Part shown: one piece after another, positions 7,825 to 17,322 of the stretch
Layout of the letters: every line of letters starts with the position of its first letter
Position numbering within the stretch: the first letter of the stretch is position 1
NCBI GenBank assembly: GCA_050742455.1
Contig: JBOGIG010000076.1
Span: 20,204-84,203 of the forward strand
DNA: 64,000 bases
Source of the DNA: Acidimicrobiales bacterium
Lineage (GTDB): Bacteria > Actinomycetota > Acidimicrobiia > Acidimicrobiales > JBOGIG01
Direction of reading: 5' to 3'
Notes under the pieces: generated by a model
What the model saw: only the letters and a program-made list of their open reading frames with translations
What the model was told of the DNA's origin: nothing
Databases searched by the model: none
Translations under genes and position numbers: made by a program

Positions 7825-8676
7825 TTACCTGCGGGTCCCGGTCCATCGGTCCGTGTCCGAGACCCAGATAGAGGCCACGTCGTCGACGTTGGAGGCTTTG
7901 GCCCTACCTTCCTGGGCCAGCTTGCGCAGGTGAGCCCACACCGAGAACCGAGCGATCGGGTGCAGGACCGGCGCTACATCGGTGTAGACCGCTTCGACCA
8001 ACTGTTCCACGGTGGCTGGCCCGATCCGGGCCAGGGCATCGGCAATGGCTGATTCCCTTGCCCGACGATGGGTGAGGTAATCCGAAACAGCAGCCGCCGG
8101 ATCGTCGATGAACGGGCCGTGACCGGGAGCCATGCCGCTCACCGGGGGGTGCAGATCGGCCACGCGCCCGAGGGCCTGGAGGTAAGCAGCCATGTCCCCG
8201 TCGGGAGGAGCGATCACCACCGTTGAACCGCTCATGACGTGATCGCCGGAGAACAACCAACGGGTCGGATCCAACAAATAGCACAGGTGATTGGCGGCAT
8301 GACCCGGAGTGTGCAGGGCGGTGAGGCAAAAGTCGGGGCCGGCCAGCTCGTAGCCGTCGCCGATCACGGTATCGGGGGCGAATCCGTCCCGGGCCGAGAA
8401 CCCGAGAACTTCGGCTCCGGTGCGGACCTTGAGCCCGTCAGCCCCAGGGGAGTGGTCGGGGTGGGTGTGAGTGACCAGGATCCAGCGAATGCGACCGTTA
8501 CCGGCTTCCGCCAGGCGGTCCAGATGATCCTCGTCGGGCGGTCCGGGATCGATGACGGCAATCTGTGAGTCGCCGATGAGGTAGGAGTTGGTGCCGGGTC
8601 CGGTCATGACGGACGGATTGGGGGCGAGAACACGCCGCACCAGCCCGGACAGGCTGACCACTTCCCCCGGCGCCAT
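7825..8676 (-). CDS. MBL-fold metallo-hydrolase
   Basis: HTHPDHSPG metal-binding motif. Start chosen at ATG 8676 (MAPGEVVSLSG), downstream of the NUDIX gene stop at 8747. Confidence 0.8.
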   Translation of the reverse strand: MAPGEVVSLSGLVRRVLAPNPSVMTGPGTNSYLIGDSQIAVIDPGPPDEDHLDRLAEAGNGRIRWILVTHTHPDHSPGADGLKVRTGAEVLGFSARDGFAPDTVIGDGYELAGPDFCLTALHTPGHAANHLCYLLDPTRWLFSGDHVMSGSTVVIAPPDGDMAAYLQALGRVADLHPPVSGMAPGHGPFIDDPAAAVSDYLTHRRARESAIADALARIGPATVEQLVEAVYTDVAPVLHPIARFSVWAHLRKLAQEGRAKASNVDDVASIWVSDTDRWTGTRR

Positions 8677-8746
8677 CGACCGCTCTGAGAGCCTCGAACC
8701 AGCACTGTCGCTCGACGAAACAATTGCATGGCCCGATGTGGACGGA

Positions 8747-9643
8747 TCATTCAATTTCGGGACCTCCCGGCCGGCCCGGTAGGGGCATCCCCTGGGGCAT
8801 GACCCCGGATTCCAGGGCCTGGTCATAACCTAGGTCCCCGGGAAGCAGGATTCTCACTCCTTCGCCTGTGCCGCTGATCCGTGGGGTAATAGTCGGAACG
8901 GACTCGATCGCCTCGGCGGCCGACAGAAGATCCTCGCTCCGTTCGAAGCGACCAATGGCCTCCAGGTTCTTGATGGTGGGCAGGATCAGATCCAACTCCC
9001 CCCCGGCGTGAAGGGCCAGGGCATCGTGGGGCCGCACCCACATGTTGGCGACTGTCTCATAGTCATCGTGAAGCGCCACTTGCTCGGGCGGGGCCGCGGC
9101 CACGAAGAACCGGGTGTCAAAGCGGCGGGGAGCCCCCCGAGGCGTGATCCAATGGGCAAAATAATGGATCCTGTCGGCAGAGATAATCAGGTCCTCCTGC
9201 CTACACATGTCCAAGAGCCCAAGCTCGGAGGCGTTCAGTCGACGGCGATGGGCGGCGAAACGCTCGGCGGTGGACGGATCGGAGAGCGAGATGACCGGTG
9301 GCCGTCCCCCCCCTCTGTGCGAGGCAAGCAGGACCCCGGCTTCCTCGAAGCACTCGCGTACGGCGGCCACCCAATAGGCCAACCCTCCCCACTCGATCCC
9401 CAGGAGACGGCTGGCCCCGGCATCGGTGCGACCCGAGCAGATGTCACCAAGATCGTCGGCGCGGTCCGAATCGTCAACCTTGCCCCCGGGGAAGACGTAG
9501 GCCCCACCGACAAAGTCGGAATTCAGGTGTCTTTTCAGCATGAAAACTTCCATGCCCCCGGTTGGCCGATCACGCACCAGCATCACCGTGGCCGCGTCCC
9601 GTACCGGTTGCGCCGGTCTGTTCATAGTTGTCACCCTAGACAT
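8747..9643 (-). CDS. NUDIX hydrolase
   Basis: Nudix box-like GGKVD....VRECFEEAGVLL within a 298-aa ORF. Confidence 0.85.
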   Translation of the reverse strand: MSRVTTMNRPAQPVRDAATVMLVRDRPTGGMEVFMLKRHLNSDFVGGAYVFPGGKVDDSDRADDLGDICSGRTDAGASRLLGIEWGGLAYWVAAVRECFEEAGVLLASHRGGGRPPVISLSDPSTAERFAAHRRRLNASELGLLDMCRQEDLIISADRIHYFAHWITPRGAPRRFDTRFFVAAAPPEQVALHDDYETVANMWVRPHDALALHAGGELDLILPTIKNLEAIGRFERSEDLLSAAEAIESVPTITPRISGTGEGVRILLPGDLGYDQALESGVMPQGMPLPGRPGGPEIE

Positions 9644-9724
9644 CCTGGCTCTGTGGTCTGGGCCACTGGCCTCCGCCTACTGCCAGCGCGGGCCGGGAGC
9701 CCAACGAGGCTATTTTTGCGGCCT

Positions 9725-10651
9725 ATGCCCTCAGAACCAGGCGAAGACCGACCGGAAGCACCCAGGCCCAAGATCCTGCCCCGGAGTGCGTTGGGAATCA
9801 CCGTGGTCATCCTGGCCTTGGCCGTGGGGGCAGCGTTCAGCGGAACTGTCCTTTATGCCTACTACTCATACCGTCAGACCCAGGCCGAGTCGGCCGTGTC
9901 GGGCTACGTCAATGGGTTCGACAAGCGCTACCAGACCGCTCTGGCCACCATCAAGGCCGACGCTGCCAACGGAACCACGGCCATCCAGGCGGCCCTGGCC
10001 CCCCTGCTCAAGGTAAAGGCCCAAGGAGGGGCCCTGGCCGGGATTCTCCAACATGCCGCTCCGGCCCTGTGGTTCGTCCACACCACCGACTCCAACGGCC
10101 AACCGGCCGCCGGCTCGGCCTTCGCGGTCGCCTCCGACAGTCACCAGACCCTACTGGTCGCTTCATACTCCACCATCGCTGCTGCCACCCACCAGCCAGG
10201 TCCGGCCGTGTTCGTCCGCAAGAGAGGCCAGGACACCCAGGTAACGCTGTGGAGTTGGGACCAGGGCCGAGACCTGGCCCTGCTGATCATGAACAAGGGG
10301 AATCAGCCCACGTTGGGCTTTGCTCCTTCGGGCAGCGCCCCCCGAATAGGTGATCAGGTCTATGCCTTGTCCGGCCTGGGCGGATCGGGGGGAGCCATCA
10401 CCGCCGGGCAGATCGCCGACGTGTCGAGCGACACTATCCAAACCGATGCCGCCATCGGGGTCTCGTTCCAGGGCGGCCCATTGGTCAACAGCCAGGGCCA
10501 GGTGGTGGCCGTGGACTCCCGCAACTACGCCCCCTTGGGCTTTTCCTCCACCGGTGTCTATTTCACCGTGCCGGTGGGTGACGTATGCCAAAAGATCCTT
10601 CGTTGTCCCGGAGGCACGACCCCGGCCAGCCCGGGGAACAGGGGTGGCTGA
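9725..10651 (+). CDS. Membrane-anchored trypsin-like (S1/HtrA-fold) protease homolog with degenerate catalytic motifs
   Basis: ATG 9725 (MPSEPGED..) is followed by the TM segment ITVVILALAVGAAF. The fold motifs GSAFAV, RDLALLIM and IQTDAAI....GGPLVN are present. ASYSTI replaces TN.HVV and VSFQGG replaces GNSGG. The ORF-track N-terminal extension (9008-9724) is antisense to the NUDIX gene. Confidence 0.75.
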   Translation: MPSEPGEDRPEAPRPKILPRSALGITVVILALAVGAAFSGTVLYAYYSYRQTQAESAVSGYVNGFDKRYQTALATIKADAANGTTAIQAALAPLLKVKAQGGALAGILQHAAPALWFVHTTDSNGQPAAGSAFAVASDSHQTLLVASYSTIAAATHQPGPAVFVRKRGQDTQVTLWSWDQGRDLALLIMNKGNQPTLGFAPSGSAPRIGDQVYALSGLGGSGGAITAGQIADVSSDTIQTDAAIGVSFQGGPLVNSQGQVVAVDSRNYAPLGFSSTGVYFTVPVGDVCQKILRCPGGTTPASPGNRGG

Positions 10652-10726
10652 TCACGCCACAGCGTTTGACGTTCCTGGTGTGTCTGAGGCCCGGTTCACC
10701 CGCTGGTGCGCCATCCCGACGGTGAA

Positions 10727-12961
10727 CTAGTGGTGACGAAGAAAGCCCGGGGGGGGATTGGGTCCGGTAGTGGGGGTCGGAAAGGTAGTCGGGGTCGAGG
10801 TGGGAACGGTGGTAGTCGTGGTGGTGGGGGCGACGGCCACCGGGGGGGGTGGGGTAACGACGTAAGGCCCACCGGGAGGAATCGGATCGGGCGTTTGACG
10901 CGGCCCAGGATTGATGCCATGTCGTTGCTGTTGGGCCAAGACCTCGGGAGGCACGCTGAGCGGTGGTGGTTGGGAAAAGTCGGTGACGGGGACCTTGCTC
11001 AAGGCCTGGGTCATGAAGTCGTGCCAGGTGGACGCCGGAATAGTCCCGCCATAGACCTTGGACACGCCTTTGATCCCGAGCAAGGGACGGGATTCAGAGT
11101 CGGCGTAGCCCATCCACACCGAGGTGGACAAGGTGGGGGTGTAGCCGACAAACCAGGCATCGTGGAAGTTCTCGGTCGTCCCCGTCTTGCCGGCCGCGGG
11201 CCGACCCAGAACGGCATTGGGGTAACCCGTTCCGTGCTGGATGACTCCCTGGAGAATGTTGGTCACATTGTCCGCCACCGCCTTGGAAATCACTTGAGAA
11301 CCATGGGGGTGTGAGTCGTCGAAAATCATCTTGCCGTGAGAATCAGTGACACGGACCACGGGGGAGGGACCGATTCGCAGGCCCTGATCGGCGAAGGTCG
11401 AGTAGGCCGAGGCCATGTCCAGCGGCGACACCCCAATGACGCCCAAGGCGTAGGTTCCACTGCAGGTCTGGACCTGGGGGCTGTACCAGGCCGAGGTGAT
11501 GCCGAGCTTCTTGGCCATCTGTCCGGCATTGGGACAGCCCACCTGGCGCACCACCTGGGCGTAGACGGTGTTGATCGAGTCCACTGTGGCCCGGCGCAGG
11601 GTGGCCGATCCTCCCCCGCCCCCTTCGGCATTGTGGATGAGGCACCCGTTGGCGTTTCCACCCACACATCCGGGGACCTGGAAGACGTTGGGCGCGGAGT
11701 AAACGGTGTCGGGCGATATGCCCTGGGTGAGGGCGGCGGCCAGGACAAAGGGCTTGAAGGACGATCCCGGTTGGCGTCCACCTCCACCCCCTGAGACGCT
11801 GCCGCCCGACCAGCAGGTGGCCGCCACCTGAACTTCGATTTTGGGGCTGGTGGGTTGGGTCGGACAACCACCCAGAGCCAGGTTGACCTGGGATGTGGCG
11901 AAGTCCCTTCCACCCACCAGGGCCTTGACGTACCCGGTAGCGGGCTCCACGCTCACCAGGGCCATGTCCAGGGGGGACCTGGTCCCGGACAGAGACTTGT
12001 TTACACTGGCCAAGGCCTCGTTCTGCAAGGTGGGATCCAGGGTGGTTTGGATGCGCAATCCACCGCTGGTCAACTGCTGATCGGTGAGCTTGGTGGCGAG
12101 GAACCTGCGCACGTAGTCGACAAAGTAGGGATAGGTCGGCTGGGCGGCCTGGGGAGGAAACACCACTGTGGCATTGGCGTCGGCACCGGGGTGGCCTGCC
12201 ACCACTACGTGCTCTGCGATGGCCCGGTTGTAGGTGGACTCGTCGATGTAGTGCTGGGCCAACATCAGACCGAGGACGTGGCGGCGCCGAACCTCTGCGA
12301 TGTCGGGGTTGACCAGCGGGTCGTACACGCTTGGGGCCGGAATGAGCCCGGCCAGTAGGGCGGCCTGGGAAGCGTCGAGCTTGGCCACGGGGGTCCGGAA
12401 GTAGACGTTGGCCGCCGCCCCCACGCCGTAGGCGCCCTCGCCGAAATACGTAGTGGAAAGGTAGTCGTACAGGATTTGCTCCTTGGACACCGAGCGGCTC
12501 AGCTCGCTGGCCAGGATGGCCTCCTTGACCTTGCGGTACAGCGTCCGAGACCCTGAGGTGTAGGCCTCCTTCACATACTGCTGGGTGATAGTGGAGCCTC
12601 CCTGAACCACCCCATGATTGGTGACGTCGGCCAACAGGGCACGCAGAGTTCCACGGACCGAGATCCCTCCCTCGTGGTAGAAGTTGCGGTCCTCGGAGGC
12701 CACCACGGCGTTCTTCAGGATGGCCGGGATGGCGGAATCGGGCACCGGTATGGTTTCCGACGCCCCGGAGAACTGGCCAATCTGTAGCCCGTTGGCGGCA
12801 TATATGTAGCTGATTTGGGGGGCGGGGGAGTAGTGGGCCGTCGGGACAGCCGCAGGCAGGGGAAGGTAAAGGAAGGTGGCCAGAGCCGTCCCCATAACGG
12901 CCAGGGGAACGCCGATGGCCGACATGACCACGATCGCCAGGACGCGCAGTGTCCCCCTCAT
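10727..12961 (-). CDS. ponA: Class A penicillin-binding protein (PBP1A family: GT51 transglycosylase + transpeptidase) with Pro/Thr-rich tail
   Basis: GT51 motifs EDRNFYHEGGIS and GGSTITQQYVK, SxxK-type PGSSFKP, and KTGTT. Start set at ATG 12961 (MRGTLRVLAIVV.. TM segment); it could be further upstream. Confidence 0.85.
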   Translation of the reverse strand: MRGTLRVLAIVVMSAIGVPLAVMGTALATFLYLPLPAAVPTAHYSPAPQISYIYAANGLQIGQFSGASETIPVPDSAIPAILKNAVVASEDRNFYHEGGISVRGTLRALLADVTNHGVVQGGSTITQQYVKEAYTSGSRTLYRKVKEAILASELSRSVSKEQILYDYLSTTYFGEGAYGVGAAANVYFRTPVAKLDASQAALLAGLIPAPSVYDPLVNPDIAEVRRRHVLGLMLAQHYIDESTYNRAIAEHVVVAGHPGADANATVVFPPQAAQPTYPYFVDYVRRFLATKLTDQQLTSGGLRIQTTLDPTLQNEALASVNKSLSGTRSPLDMALVSVEPATGYVKALVGGRDFATSQVNLALGGCPTQPTSPKIEVQVAATCWSGGSVSGGGGGRQPGSSFKPFVLAAALTQGISPDTVYSAPNVFQVPGCVGGNANGCLIHNAEGGGGGSATLRRATVDSINTVYAQVVRQVGCPNAGQMAKKLGITSAWYSPQVQTCSGTYALGVIGVSPLDMASAYSTFADQGLRIGPSPVVRVTDSHGKMIFDDSHPHGSQVISKAVADNVTNILQGVIQHGTGYPNAVLGRPAAGKTGTTENFHDAWFVGYTPTLSTSVWMGYADSESRPLLGIKGVSKVYGGTIPASTWHDFMTQALSKVPVTDFSQPPPLSVPPEVLAQQQRHGINPGPRQTPDPIPPGGPYVVTPPPPVAVAPTTTTTTVPTSTPTTFPTPTTGPNPPPGFLRHH

Positions 12962-13048
12962 TGCCCTGCCATCCTGGCACGGCTCGACCGTAGGACTCAC
13001 TTCGGCCTCGACCCGGCCGGATCGCCCAATGCCCCATAGGCTGGATCC

Positions 13049-14380
13049 ATGTCCGAACCCCCCGGCCTGGAGGGTCGACCCCGGCCACCATCGGTTGACG
13101 CCCTGGCCCGCCGCTTGGCCGACTGCGGGCTGCCCCATCGGCTACTGGTCGAGGTGGCGCGAGCCTGTATCGAACAGGACGACGTGGCTTCGGCTCCCGC
13201 CCGGGCCCAGGCCCTGGCCCGGTCCCTGCTCGGGCCGGTCATCAATGCCACCGGAGTCCTGTTGCACACCAATCTCGGTCGTGCCCCAGTTGCATCCCCG
13301 GCCCGGCCCGGCCGGGACGCGCCCTGCTTTCGTTATTCCAACCTGGAGTTGGACATGTCCACGGGTAGGCGGGGATCGCGTCGAGACCCCGTGGGCGCTC
13401 TCCTGGCCCGGGCCGGTGGCGCCGAGGCCGCCCTAGTGGTCAATAACGGCGCGGCAGCCGTGCTCCTGGCGCTTACGAGTCTGGCCAAGGACCGTGAGGT
13501 GATCGTCAGTCGAGGGGAGTTGGTCGAAATAGGCGGCGGGTTCCGCATTCCAGACGTACTTGCCGCCTCAGGTGCCCGCTTGGTCGAGGTGGGCACCACC
13601 AACCGGACCAGGCCGGCCGACTACGCCCAGGCCGTCGGTCCCGACACGGCCATGGTGCTCAAGGTCCACCAGTCCAATTATCGGATCGTGGGCTTCACGG
13701 AATCCGCCTCGGTGAGCGAGCTATCACTTCTGGGACCCATCCTGGTGGCCGACATCGGTTCGGGGCTGCTCGACGAGACAACCCCGTGGCTGGATGGCGG
13801 TCCACCGGCCTGGTTGCACGGTGAGCCGGCGGTGCGCCAAACGCTGGCTCAGGGAGCAGACCTGGTGTGCTTCTCGGGCGACAAGCTGTTGGGAGGTCCC
13901 CAGGCCGGGGTGATCGCCGGTCGGCGCGATCTCATCGACTCCTGCGCCGCCCACCCTCTGTACCGGGCCCTGCGACCGGGTGGAATGGTGCTCACCGCCT
14001 TGGAAGATGTGGCCCTCACCTACCTTCGAGGTGACGGGTCTTCCCTGCCCTTGTGGCGCATGGCCAATGCCCCCCTCGCCGCCCTTCAAGCCCGGGCGGG
14101 CGCCCTCGGCGTAGGCGAGGTGGTGCGCTGCGTCTCGGTGCTCGGGGGCGGATCGATCCCCGGCGCCGAGATCGCATCAGCAGGGGTAGCCATCGACGCC
14201 GACTTGTCTTTGCCCCTGCGCCACGGCGATCCGCCAGTTGTCGCCCGAGTCCAATCAGGTAGAACCATCATCGACCTGCGCACGGTAGATCCAGCCGACG
14301 ACGAGACTTTGGCCAAGGCCGTCATGGCGGCGATGTCTCAGGCGCCAGGCGAAGGCCCCGATCGCAGCGAATTCTCCTAG
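13049..14380 (+). CDS. selA: L-seryl-tRNA(Sec) selenium transferase
   Basis: N-terminal PSVDALAR, then VINATGVLLHTNLGRAP and FSGDKLLGGPQAGVIAG (PLP-lysine region), typical of SelA. Confidence 0.9.
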   Translation: MSEPPGLEGRPRPPSVDALARRLADCGLPHRLLVEVARACIEQDDVASAPARAQALARSLLGPVINATGVLLHTNLGRAPVASPARPGRDAPCFRYSNLELDMSTGRRGSRRDPVGALLARAGGAEAALVVNNGAAAVLLALTSLAKDREVIVSRGELVEIGGGFRIPDVLAASGARLVEVGTTNRTRPADYAQAVGPDTAMVLKVHQSNYRIVGFTESASVSELSLLGPILVADIGSGLLDETTPWLDGGPPAWLHGEPAVRQTLAQGADLVCFSGDKLLGGPQAGVIAGRRDLIDSCAAHPLYRALRPGGMVLTALEDVALTYLRGDGSSLPLWRMANAPLAALQARAGALGVGEVVRCVSVLGGGSIPGAEIASAGVAIDADLSLPLRHGDPPVVARVQSGRTIIDLRTVDPADDETLAKAVMAAMSQAPGEGPDRSEFS

Positions 14381-14396
14381 ACGCCCATGGGCCGGG

Positions 14397-14468
14397 ATGC
14401 ACATAGTGGCCCAGATGCACATAGTGGCTCCCAGATGCACATAGTGGCTCCCAGATGCACATAGTGGC
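14397..14468. repeat. Tandem array (18+20+20 nt plus partial) of the selB start region, ATGCACATAGTGGC x4
   Basis: Copies start at 14397, 14415, 14435 and 14455. The last is the selB initiation codon. Confidence 0.95.
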
Positions 14469-16242
14469 CACAGCCGGTCACGTGGACCACGGGAAGTCCA
14501 CCCTGATCAAGGCCCTAACCGGCACCGATCCGGATCGCTGGCAAGAAGAGCGTGATCGTGGTCTGACCATCGACTTGGGCTTCGCTTTCGCTTCGTTGGC
14601 TTCGGGTCGGCCGGTCTCCTTCATCGATGTACCAGGCCACTCCCGCTTCATCGCCAACATGCTCGCCGGGGTCGGGTCAGTAAATGCCTGCCTGTTTGTG
14701 GTAGCCGCCACCGAGGGCTGGAAGCCCCAGTCCGAAGAACACCTTCGCATCCTTGAGCTGGTGGGCCTGGATCGGGGGGTGGTGGCCCTGACGAAGACCG
14801 CCGGCTTGGGCTCCGGTGAGATCCAAGATGCCGAGCGGGCGGTCCGAGCCCACCTGGCCGACACCTTTCTCGACGGAACCGAAGTGATCCCGGTCGACGC
14901 CCCGCGGCACTTGGGTATGGCCGATCTCGACGCCGGCTTGGACCGGATGCTGTCCGACGCCCCCAGGGCGGCTGACCGCCACAGACCGCGCTTGTGGGTA
15001 GACCGTTCCTTTTTCATCCGGGGCGCCGGCAATGTGATCACCGGGACACTGAGTAACGGCAGCCTGACGGTGGGAGACGACATGGTCGTGGTGGGGCCGG
15101 GCTATCCCCGCCGGGGTGCACCGGCCCGTATCCGGTCGATTCAGACCCAGGGACTGTCGGTGGGCACGATCGGCCCTGGCCACCGGGTTGCCGTCAACTT
15201 GACCGGGATGGGCTACCGGGTGCCCAAGCGAGGCGACGCCCTGGTCCGAGACAGCCAGTGGGAGCCGTCCGCCACCCTCGATGTCGCCTTGGAGGTGCTC
15301 GCCGGCCTCGATCACCCGGTCAGCAGGCGGGGGTCCTTCCAGATCCACATCGGTTCCGCCGAACTCTCCGTGCGCCTGCGGGTTCTCGGGCCCGATCGAA
15401 TAGCGCCAGGTGAGCGCCGACCGGTGCGGCTGCACCTGGATCAGATCCTGGCAGTGGCTCCCGGCGATCGCTTCGTCATCAGGGAGTCCGGGCGAGCCGA
15501 GACCATCGGAGGTGGTGAGATCCTCGATGTCTCCCCTGTCCTTCCCGCCTCCCGTGCCAACCCCGATCGCAACCTTGATCGGGTCGTGGAGGAGAGGGGC
15601 TGGATCGAGCCTGACCACCTGACGCGCCTGACCGGCGAGCGCCTGGCCCCCAATGTGGCTGGACGATGGATTGCCAGCCCCGGGGCGCTTTCGGATGTCA
15701 CCACCGCCCTGGGTTCGGCCCTGGACAATGCCGGGCCAGGAGGATTGGACCTGGCTCAATTGGATGGCCGCCAGAGAGCCATCCTCGCAGAGTGGGCGGA
15801 GTCGGGGGTTGCCACGATCCGGGCAGGCCGGGCTTGGGTTCAGGCCGGTTCGGACCCCGGGCCGGACAAGGAATTCGGGCCGGACAAGGAATTCGTGGCT
15901 GCCATCGAAGCATCGCCATTTGCACCGCCCACCCCCGAGGAAATGGGCATCTCTCGGGCAGATGTTCGCCGGTTGGTTGCGGAGGGAGAGGTGATAGAGC
16001 GAGATGGGCACTTCTTTAGCCCCCAAGCCGTGGCCCAGGCGGCCCGCGTGGTGGCCCGCCTGCTGTCGGAGAACCCGGATGGGATAACGGTGGCGACTTT
16101 GCGGGACGAATTGGCCACTTCGCGCAAGTTCCTGCTGCCTCTGCTCAACTATCTTGACGCCGAGGGCGTCACCCGCAGGCGAGGCGATCGGCGCGTGGCC
16201 GGACCCCGCCTGCCCCGCAGCGACACAATGGGCGGCGTATAG
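14455..16242 (+). CDS. selB: Selenocysteine-specific translation elongation factor
   Basis: MHIVATAGHVDHGKSTL (G1), DVPGH (G3), an EF-Tu-like domain set, and a long C-terminal winged-helix region (about 595 aa). Confidence 0.9.
   Translation: MHIVATAGHVDHGKSTLIKALTGTDPDRWQEERDRGLTIDLGFAFASLASGRPVSFIDVPGHSRFIANMLAGVGSVNACLFVVAATEGWKPQSEEHLRILELVGLDRGVVALTKTAGLGSGEIQDAERAVRAHLADTFLDGTEVIPVDAPRHLGMADLDAGLDRMLSDAPRAADRHRPRLWVDRSFFIRGAGNVITGTLSNGSLTVGDDMVVVGPGYPRRGAPARIRSIQTQGLSVGTIGPGHRVAVNLTGMGYRVPKRGDALVRDSQWEPSATLDVALEVLAGLDHPVSRRGSFQIHIGSAELSVRLRVLGPDRIAPGERRPVRLHLDQILAVAPGDRFVIRESGRAETIGGGEILDVSPVLPASRANPDRNLDRVVEERGWIEPDHLTRLTGERLAPNVAGRWIASPGALSDVTTALGSALDNAGPGGLDLAQLDGRQRAILAEWAESGVATIRAGRAWVQAGSDPGPDKEFGPDKEFVAAIEASPFAPPTPEEMGISRADVRRLVAEGEVIERDGHFFSPQAVAQAARVVARLLSENPDGITVATLRDELATSRKFLLPLLNYLDAEGVTRRRGDRRVAGPRLPRSDTMGGV
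15859..15894. repeat. Perfect in-frame 18-bp tandem duplication inside selB (GPDKEF GPDKEF)
   Basis: GGGCCGGACAAGGAATTC x2, read directly. Confidence 0.95.
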
Positions 16243-16333
16243 TCAGGGAACCATCTAAGGGGCCGGCACCGTTGAGACCGGGACGATCGACGCTCAACTA
16301 GCGCACATACCCGGCCGGAAGGACTATCCAGAC

Positions 16334-17293
16334 ATGGCGGACGCCACCAGATCAGGGCGAAGCCCAAACACGCCAGGGCGAAGCCCCGGTTCCCAGGGCA
16401 AGAGATCCAAGGCCAAGGGCAAGGGCTCCAACCAGAAAGGCCGACGCAGACGATCGAACAGCTCCGCTGTCATCGTTACTTCCTCCGCGTTGGTTGTCGT
16501 AGCCGTGGTGGCGGTCCTCATTGTGGTGAACCTGACCAGGTCCAAGACGGCGGCCTCCTCGACCACCGGGGCCCAGCCCAACGTCGTGGCGGCCACGACG
16601 GGGCTGACCTCGTCCCAACTGAGCAGCGCCGGAGTGGGCTCCGGAGCGGTCTCCCCGCCTGTGGCCACCAAGGGCGCCACCCCCCTGGTCTCCAATGGAA
16701 AGCCGGAGGTGCTCTACATCGGCGCCGAGTACTGCCCCTATTGTGCGGCCGAACGCTGGCCCATGGTGGTGGCCCTCAGCCGCTTTGGGACCTTCTCGCA
16801 CCTGGGCCAGACCGAGTCCTCCACTACCGACAAGTACCCCGGGACCAAGACCTTCAGCTTCTACGGATCTACCTACTCCAGCCGCTACCTGACCTTCACG
16901 CCGGTGGAGACCCAGACCAATCAGCCGGCCAAGAGCGGCGGCGGCTATGTCACCTTGCAGACCCCCACCCCGGCCCAGCAGAAGCTCCAGCTCAAATACG
17001 ATGCGGCTCCGTACACCACGTCGCCCGGCATTCCCTTCATAGACTTCGGGAACAAGTACCTGGTCCTCGGGGCCAGCTACAACCCATCAGTTCTCCAGGG
17101 CCTGTCCATGGCCACCATCGCCGGCAGCCTGAGCGACCCGTCCAGCCCTCCGGCCAAGGCCATCCTGGGCACGTCCAACCTTCTCACCGCAGCTATCTGC
17201 AAGATGACGGGTGAAATGCCCGCCTCGGTGTGCGCCACTCCATCCATCACCAAGGCCGAGGCGGCCCTCAAGCCGCCGCCGGCCGGCGCTTAG
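16334..17293 (+). CDS. DUF929-type membrane-anchored thioredoxin-fold protein (CPYC motif)
   Basis: Basic N-terminus, one TM segment ([12 protein letters not shown]), and [27 protein letters not shown], typical of DUF929. Confidence 0.8.
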   Translation: MADATRSGRSPNTPGRSPGSQGKRSKAKGKGSNQKGRRRRSNSSAVIVTSSALVVVAVVAVLIVVNLTRSKTAASSTTGAQPNVVAATTGLTSSQLSSAGVGSGAVSPPVATKGATPLVSNGKPEVLYIGAEYCPYCAAERWPMVVALSRFGTFSHLGQTESSTTDKYPGTKTFSFYGSTYSSRYLTFTPVETQTNQPAKSGGGYVTLQTPTPAQQKLQLKYDAAPYTTSPGIPFIDFGNKYLVLGASYNPSVLQGLSMATIAGSLSDPSSPPAKAILGTSNLLTAAICKMTGEMPASVCATPSITKAEAALKPPPAGA

Positions 17294-17322
17294 TGCTCGG
17301 GCGCAGTCCGGCACGGGCATAG

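Noticed and set aside
9008-9724. N-terminal 239 codons of ORF 9008..10651
   Set aside because: This part is antisense to the NUDIX gene and has no protease-like sequence. The ATG at 9725, followed by a TM segment, gives a sensible protein.
11343-13091. 582-aa alternative-frame ORF inside the PBP1A gene (same strand)
   Set aside because: The PBP frame carries all the GT51 and transpeptidase motifs. The alternative frame is Arg/Gly/Pro-rich with no motif.
14677-16026. 449-aa ORF antisense to selB
   Set aside because: The selB frame has EF-Tu-type G motifs throughout. The antisense product is unrecognisable.
16243-16333. Searched the selB-DUF929 spacer (and other gaps at 12962-13048, 21481-21973, 45858-46079) for tRNA-Sec (selC) or a SECIS-like element
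   Set aside because: Only a GTTGAG...CTCAAC hairpin (16271-16298) is present. There is no 8-bp acceptor stem, no UCA anticodon loop and no T-arm, and the DUF929 upstream frame closes with TAA rather than TGA.
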